Shown piece after piece: positions 27,085-32,000 of a stretch of DNA of 32,000 nt (position 1 is the stretch's first letter; each line of letters starts with the position of its first letter). The stretch spans positions 4,080,001-4,112,000 of the forward strand of contig NC_000962.3 in NCBI RefSeq assembly GCF_000195955.2, given 5' to 3'. Position numbers and translations under genes: made by a program. Origin of the DNA: Mycobacterium tuberculosis H37Rv. Lineage in GTDB: Bacteria > Actinomycetota > Actinomycetes > Mycobacteriales > Mycobacteriaceae. Under the pieces are notes generated by a model. The model searched no databases. It was not told the DNA's origin and saw nothing but the letters and a program-made list of their open reading frames with translations.

Positions 27085-27791
27085 GACAGCGACCCTAAAG
27101 CCTTCTTGTGCAGTCCGGCTCCCCAGCCGGTGAAGTGCGGCCTGGCCAGCGCAGCCGACACACTCGCCGGTGACCGTTAGCTACCACGCCACCCAGAGTG
27201 CCGGCGAACCGGTGGGACGATGTTTTGGGAACGCTCACACCGTCGTTCGCGATCCGGTGTTGGCTACCCACCGCGACTGCGCTTCCCAAGGGAAGACCTC
27301 GCCCGACCGGGCGCTGTTGGCGTGCGGCATCCTCGAGGAGGACCGGTGGTGTCGGCGCTGTGGCGAGGAAGGCAGCCCGCGCGACACCGTGACCAGGAGG
27401 TTGACTCACTGGTGTGGGCTGCACCCGGGTGTGAGCGTAGATCACTCATGTCTTAGCCGATGCTGCCGCTTGGATTGCCGCCGTCGTGGCCCAGCGGTGC
27501 CCCAACGCGATCCGCCGCGCCGATAAAGCTAACCGGTGCCAACGAACGACGCCACATCGCACATGTCGCTCACGCCAGCCGATCTCCGTTGCCGGCCACC
27601 GTAACCGTCAGCACGACTCGGCACAATGCCAGCCGCACGCTGCAAGGCCGACCAACGTGTGATGTGTAGCCTGCAAGACACCGGCTTTCTTGGCTATGAC
27701 TGCATCCTGGTCAGCGATTGCACTGTGACGACTTTGCCCAGCTCAACCTCTGCCATGCCGGCTGTATCGTCGCGCGGTTAGGCTCACATCC

Positions 27792-29747
27792 GTGAGTGAG
27801 TCCACCCCCGAAGTCTCCTCGTCATACCCGCCGCCAGCGCACTTCGCCGAGCACGCGAACGCCCGCGCCGAGCTTTACCGCGAGGCCGAGGAAGACCGGC
27901 TGGCTTTTTGGGCCAAGCAGGCCAACCGACTGTCCTGGACGACGCCGTTCACCGAGGTGTTGGACTGGTCGGGGGCGCCGTTCGCCAAGTGGTTCGTGGG
28001 CGGCGAGCTCAACGTCGCCTACAACTGTGTGGATCGTCACGTCGAGGCCGGCCATGGAGATCGGGTCGCCATCCACTGGGAAGGCGAGCCGGTCGGCGAC
28101 CGGCGCACGCTGACCTATTCCGATCTGCTTGCCGAGGTATCCAAAGCCGCGAACGCGCTCACCGACCTCGGTCTGGTGGCCGGTGACCGCGTCGCCATCT
28201 ACCTGCCGTTGATCCCTGAGGCCGTGATCGCCATGCTGGCCTGTGCCCGGCTAGGCATCATGCATAGCGTTGTTTTCGGCGGGTTCACCGCTGCGGCCTT
28301 GCAGGCCCGGATCGTCGACGCCCAAGCCAAGCTGCTGATCACCGCGGACGGGCAGTTTCGGCGCGGCAAGCCATCGCCCCTCAAGGCGGCCGCTGACGAG
28401 GCCCTTGCAGCGATCCCCGACTGCTCGGTCGAGCACGTTCTGGTGGTGCGGCGCACGGGAATTGAGATGGCCTGGAGCGAGGGCCGCGACCTGTGGTGGC
28501 ACCATGTCGTCGGCTCAGCTTCACCGGCACACACCCCGGAGCCTTTCGATTCCGAGCACCCGCTGTTCCTGCTGTACACGTCAGGCACCACCGGCAAGCC
28601 CAAAGGCATTATGCACACCAGCGGCGGCTATCTCACTCAGTGTTGCTACACGATGCGCACCATTTTCGATGTCAAGCCGGACAGCGACGTGTTCTGGTGC
28701 ACCGCCGACATCGGCTGGGTCACCGGCCACACCTACGGCGTCTACGGCCCGCTGTGCAACGGAGTCACCGAGGTTCTCTACGAGGGCACGCCGGATACCC
28801 CCGACCGACACCGGCATTTCCAGATCATCGAAAAATACGGCGTGACAATCTATTACACCGCCCCCACCCTCATCCGGATGTTTATGAAGTGGGGCCGTGA
28901 GATCCCCGACAGCCACGACCTGTCCAGCCTGCGGCTGCTGGGGTCGGTCGGCGAACCGATCAACCCCGAGGCTTGGCGTTGGTACCGCGATGTCATCGGC
29001 GGCGGACGCACCCCGCTGGTAGACACCTGGTGGCAGACCGAGACCGGCTCCGCGATGATCTCCCCGCTGCCCGGAATCGCTGCGGCCAAACCGGGTTCAG
29101 CGATGACGCCGCTGCCCGGGATCTCGGCCAAGATCGTCGACGATCACGGTGATCCGTTGCCACCGCACACCGAGGGCGCCCAGCATGTTACCGGGTACCT
29201 CGTCCTAGACCAGCCGTGGCCGTCGATGTTGCGCGGCATCTGGGGCGACCCCGCGCGGTATTGGCACTCTTACTGGTCCAAATTTTCCGACAAGGGCTAC
29301 TACTTCGCCGGGGACGGCGCTCGCATAGACCCCGACGGCGCGATCTGGGTACTAGGCCGCATCGACGACGTGATGAACGTGTCCGGGCACCGGATCTCGA
29401 CCGCCGAGGTGGAATCGGCGCTGGTCGCTCACTCTGGCGTGGCCGAGGCGGCGGTGGTCGGGGTTACCGACGAGACCACGACCCAGGCCATCTGTGCGTT
29501 CGTCGTGCTACGCGCCAACTACGCCCCCCATGACCGCACAGCCGAAGAGTTGCGCACCGAAGTGGCTCGAGTGATCTCGCCCATCGCACGGCCACGCGAC
29601 GTCCACGTAGTGCCCGAACTACCCAAGACTCGTAGCGGCAAAATCATGCGTCGACTGCTGCGCGACGTCGCGGAAAACCGTGAGCTTGGCGACACGTCGA
29701 CGCTGCTCGATCCCACCGTATTCGACGCGATCCGGGCCGCCAAGTAG
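27792..29747 (+). CDS. acs: Acetyl-CoA synthetase
   Basis: 651 aa. AMP-binding YTSGTTGKPKGIMHTSGGY, WWQTETG, YFAGDGARIDPDGAIWVLGRIDDVMNVSGHRIST, and the acetylatable-lysine motif PKTRSGKIMRRLLRD. Confidence 0.98.
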   Translation: MSESTPEVSSSYPPPAHFAEHANARAELYREAEEDRLAFWAKQANRLSWTTPFTEVLDWSGAPFAKWFVGGELNVAYNCVDRHVEAGHGDRVAIHWEGEPVGDRRTLTYSDLLAEVSKAANALTDLGLVAGDRVAIYLPLIPEAVIAMLACARLGIMHSVVFGGFTAAALQARIVDAQAKLLITADGQFRRGKPSPLKAAADEALAAIPDCSVEHVLVVRRTGIEMAWSEGRDLWWHHVVGSASPAHTPEPFDSEHPLFLLYTSGTTGKPKGIMHTSGGYLTQCCYTMRTIFDVKPDSDVFWCTADIGWVTGHTYGVYGPLCNGVTEVLYEGTPDTPDRHRHFQIIEKYGVTIYYTAPTLIRMFMKWGREIPDSHDLSSLRLLGSVGEPINPEAWRWYRDVIGGGRTPLVDTWWQTETGSAMISPLPGIAAAKPGSAMTPLPGISAKIVDDHGDPLPPHTEGAQHVTGYLVLDQPWPSMLRGIWGDPARYWHSYWSKFSDKGYYFAGDGARIDPDGAIWVLGRIDDVMNVSGHRISTAEVESALVAHSGVAEAAVVGVTDETTTQAICAFVVLRANYAPHDRTAEELRTEVARVISPIARPRDVHVVPELPKTRSGKIMRRLLRDVAENRELGDTSTLLDPTVFDAIRAAK

Positions 29748-29782
29748 GTCGCGGCACGATCAACCGGGTCAGCCCAGCCAAC

Positions 29783-30481
29783 TCAGGCCGGTACCGGGAC
29801 GAATCCCGCGCCCGGCCGGTTCTTGGCGTTGATGTCGGCCAGGTCGGCGTTGATCGACATCACCACCGCCGGGGTGTGCAGCGGGATGTATTTGGTGATG
29901 CAACTCGGCAGATTGTCGCTGAATGCGCCGTGGATCATCCCGACCAGCAGATTGTCGACGGTCACCGGCGCACCGGAGTCGCCCGGTCCGCCGCAGACCT
30001 GCATCACAAGGGTGCCCGGACTCTCCCCTGGCCCCCAGGTAACCCCGCACGAGTTACCGGTGGTGCGGCCCTGCTTGCAGGCGATCTGGCCGAACGACGG
30101 GTCCGGGCCAATGCCGTTGATCGCAAACCCGTTGAAGACGGCCACCGGGGTCACCTTGGCCGGGTCGAACTTGATCACCGCGTAGTCCAGGCCGTCGTTG
30201 CCGGCGACCATGATGCCTACCGGGCCCGCGTTCTCGGCACCCTCAGCGGCGATCTGCGCGCCCGGGCCCCCACAGTGGGCGGAAGTGAAGCCGATGAGGT
30301 CACCGTTCTTGTCATGGCCGATGGTGGTTAGGGTGCACATGGTGTCCCCGTTGACGACGATGCCCGCACCACCGCCCAGCGGTAGCTTGTCGTCGGCTGC
30401 CGCGGTGTTCGCAGGTAGGCACACAACGGCCAAAAGCACGGCCGCGAATGCCGCGGCAAAGCGCCTGTGCGCCGTCTGCAA
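29783..30481 (-). CDS. Secreted chymotrypsin-fold serine protease-like protein (Rv3668c, 232 aa)
   Basis: Sec signal MQTAHRRFAAAFAAVLLAVVCLPANTAAA; catalytic-type segments TSAHCGG, GLDYAVIKF and GGPGDSGAPV. Confidence 0.88.
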   Translation of the reverse strand: MQTAHRRFAAAFAAVLLAVVCLPANTAAADDKLPLGGGAGIVVNGDTMCTLTTIGHDKNGDLIGFTSAHCGGPGAQIAAEGAENAGPVGIMVAGNDGLDYAVIKFDPAKVTPVAVFNGFAINGIGPDPSFGQIACKQGRTTGNSCGVTWGPGESPGTLVMQVCGGPGDSGAPVTVDNLLVGMIHGAFSDNLPSCITKYIPLHTPAVVMSINADLADINAKNRPGAGFVPVPA

Positions 30482-30678
30482 CGCAATGCTCCCGTCATAT
30501 CGTCAGACACTTGAGAACAGATCCGCCAGTTTAGACGATCGCACCGCAACATCGGCCTCTGTTCAAACGGCCGCACACGTCAAGACGTGGCTAACTCTGT
30601 CCCGCCGCCCTTGGTGTTGGCTGGCCTCGTATGGCACCGCACCGCATGGCAACATGAACCGCGATGCCAGCCGAACCG

Positions 30679-30826
30679 CTCGGCGACGATGCGGGCCGGA
30701 TGACGGCCCGAGGAGGAGCCGAGCAATCGAACCGAGCTCGGCGACGATGCGGGCCGGATGACGGCCTAGGGTGGGGTACCGCCGCTGGCGAGGGCGAGCC
30801 GAGCAATCGAATCGAGAGGACCGTCT
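30679..30826. repeat. MIRU-like dispersed repeat, two imperfect copies
   Basis: CTCGGCGACGATGCGGGCCGGATGACGGCC starts at 30679 and 30737; GAGCCGAGCAATCGA occurs at 30716 and 30796. The array abuts the Rv3669 start codon. Confidence 0.82.
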
Positions 30827-31345
30827 GTGAGCAAGATCGATCGCAAGAACGGTGTGCCCAGCACGCTGACCACGATTCCGTTGGCCGACCCGCACGCCGG
30901 ACCTGCTGAGCCGTCGATCGGTGACCTGATCAAAGACGCGACAACGCAGATGTCGACGCTGGTCCGAGCCGAGGTCGAGCTGGCCCGCGCCGAGATCACC
31001 CGGGACGTCAAGAAGGGACTGACCGGCAGTGTTTTCTTCATCTCCTCGCTGGTGGTCGGGTTCTACTCCACCTTCTTTTTCTTCTTTTTCGTCGCCGAAC
31101 TGCTCGATACCTGGATCTGGCGCTGGGTGGCTTTCTTGCTCGTGTTCGCCATAATGGTCGTGGTCACCGCCGTGTTGGCCCTCTTGGGTTTCCTGAAAGT
31201 CCGGCGCATCCGGGGACCGCGGCAGACCATTGCGTCGGTCAAAGAGACGCGCACCGCACTTACCCCGGGCCATGACAAAACCCCTGTGACACCAAAACCC
31301 GTGACATCTGATCGCGCGACGCCGGTTGACCCCTCGGGTTGGTAG
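30827..31345 (+). CDS. Small membrane protein with two TM helices, actinobacterial holin-like / phage holin superfamily III (Rv3669, 172 aa)
   Basis: DLIKDATTQMSTLVRAEVELARAEITRDVKKGLTGSVFFISSLVVGFYSTFFFFFFVAELLDTWIWRWVAFLLVFAIMVVVTAVLALLG. Confidence 0.85.
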   Translation: MSKIDRKNGVPSTLTTIPLADPHAGPAEPSIGDLIKDATTQMSTLVRAEVELARAEITRDVKKGLTGSVFFISSLVVGFYSTFFFFFFVAELLDTWIWRWVAFLLVFAIMVVVTAVLALLGFLKVRRIRGPRQTIASVKETRTALTPGHDKTPVTPKPVTSDRATPVDPSGW

Positions 31346-32000
31346 ATGGCGGCACCAGATCCGTCGATGACCCGCATCGCCGGGCCATGGCGTCATCTGG
31401 ACGTGCACGCCAACGGCATCCGATTCCACGTCGTCGAGGCTGTGCCGTCCGGCCAGCCGGAGGGCCCGGATGCGGCTACGCCCCCCATGCAGCCGGCCCT
31501 GGCGAGGCCGCTGGTCATACTGCTCCATGGTTTCGGCTCGTTCTGGTGGTCCTGGCGTCATCAGTTGTGCGGCCTGACCGGGGCGCGGGTGGTCGCGGTC
31601 GATCTGCGCGGCTACGGCGGCAGCGACAAACCGCCCCGCGGGTACGACGGCTGGACGCTGGCCGGCGATACGGCCGGTCTCATCCGTGCGCTCGGGCACC
31701 CATCGGCGACGCTGGTCGGCCACGCCGATGGCGGACTGGCCTGCTGGACCACCGCGCTGCTGCATTCGCGGCTGGTGCGCGCCATAGCGCTGATCAGCTC
31801 ACCGCACCCCGCCGCGCTACGGCGATCCACGCTGACCCGGCGTGATCAGCGGCACGCACTGTTACCGACATTGCTGCGTTACCAGCTGCCGATCTGGCCG
31901 GAGCGCTTGCTGACCCGCAACAACGCAGCGGAGATCGAGCGCCTCGTGCGCGCCCGTGGCTGCGCCAAATGGCTTGCATCCGAGGACTTCTCGCAAGCAA
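31346..32000 (+). CDS. ephE: Epoxide hydrolase-like alpha/beta hydrolase, 3' end beyond window (Rv3670)
   Basis: MAAPDPSMTRIAGPWRHLDVHANGIRFHVVEAV...LVILLHGFGSFWWSWRHQL...VVAVDLRGYGGSDKPPRGYDGWTLAGD...ATLVGHADGGLACW. HG oxyanion motif; the nucleophile elbow reads GHADGG. Confidence 0.9.
   Translation, partial: MAAPDPSMTRIAGPWRHLDVHANGIRFHVVEAVPSGQPEGPDAATPPMQPALARPLVILLHGFGSFWWSWRHQLCGLTGARVVAVDLRGYGGSDKPPRGYDGWTLAGDTAGLIRALGHPSATLVGHADGGLACWTTALLHSRLVRAIALISSPHPAALRRSTLTRRDQRHALLPTLLRYQLPIWPERLLTRNNAAEIERLVRARGCAKWLASEDFSQA

Noticed and set aside
27430-27446. CRP-type site TGTGAGCGTAGATCACT upstream of acs
   Set aside because: Half-sites are separated by 7 rather than 6 bp and it is over 340 bp from the acs start; not enough for a feature call.

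Overview
This window is high-GC mycobacterial chromosome. Gene order, protein lengths and motifs match the Mycobacterium tuberculosis complex region Rv3641c to Rv3670; this assignment is from memory of the gene order, with no search run. From left to right it contains: (1) a Fic protein gene with a small upstream VbhA-like ORF; (2) a frameshifted tyrosine-integrase remnant touching the 3' end of a tRNA-Thr(CGT); (3) a DNA polymerase III delta'-like gene, a membrane adenylate cyclase, topA, a conserved hypothetical, cspA and an MrfA/YprA-like helicase; (4) PE33, a conserved hypothetical, and a PE_PGRS gene split by a frameshift; (5) a Tad/Flp-like cluster (Rv3654c-Rv3660c); (6) a HAD-family phosphatase, then a structured intergenic region matching the position and form of the 6S-like sRNA MTS2823/Ms1; (7) a dppABCD operon ending in a gene that appears to encode a degenerate Fic-like protein; (8) acs, a secreted serine protease-like gene, a small holin-like membrane protein and the start of ephE. 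No wholly new system is evident. The best leads are the Fic module beside the tRNA/integrase scar, the Fic-like pseudo-motif in Rv3662c, a decayed second copy of the TadE-like locus, the missing upstream starts of the Tad minor pseudopilin ORFs, and two structured non-coding segments.
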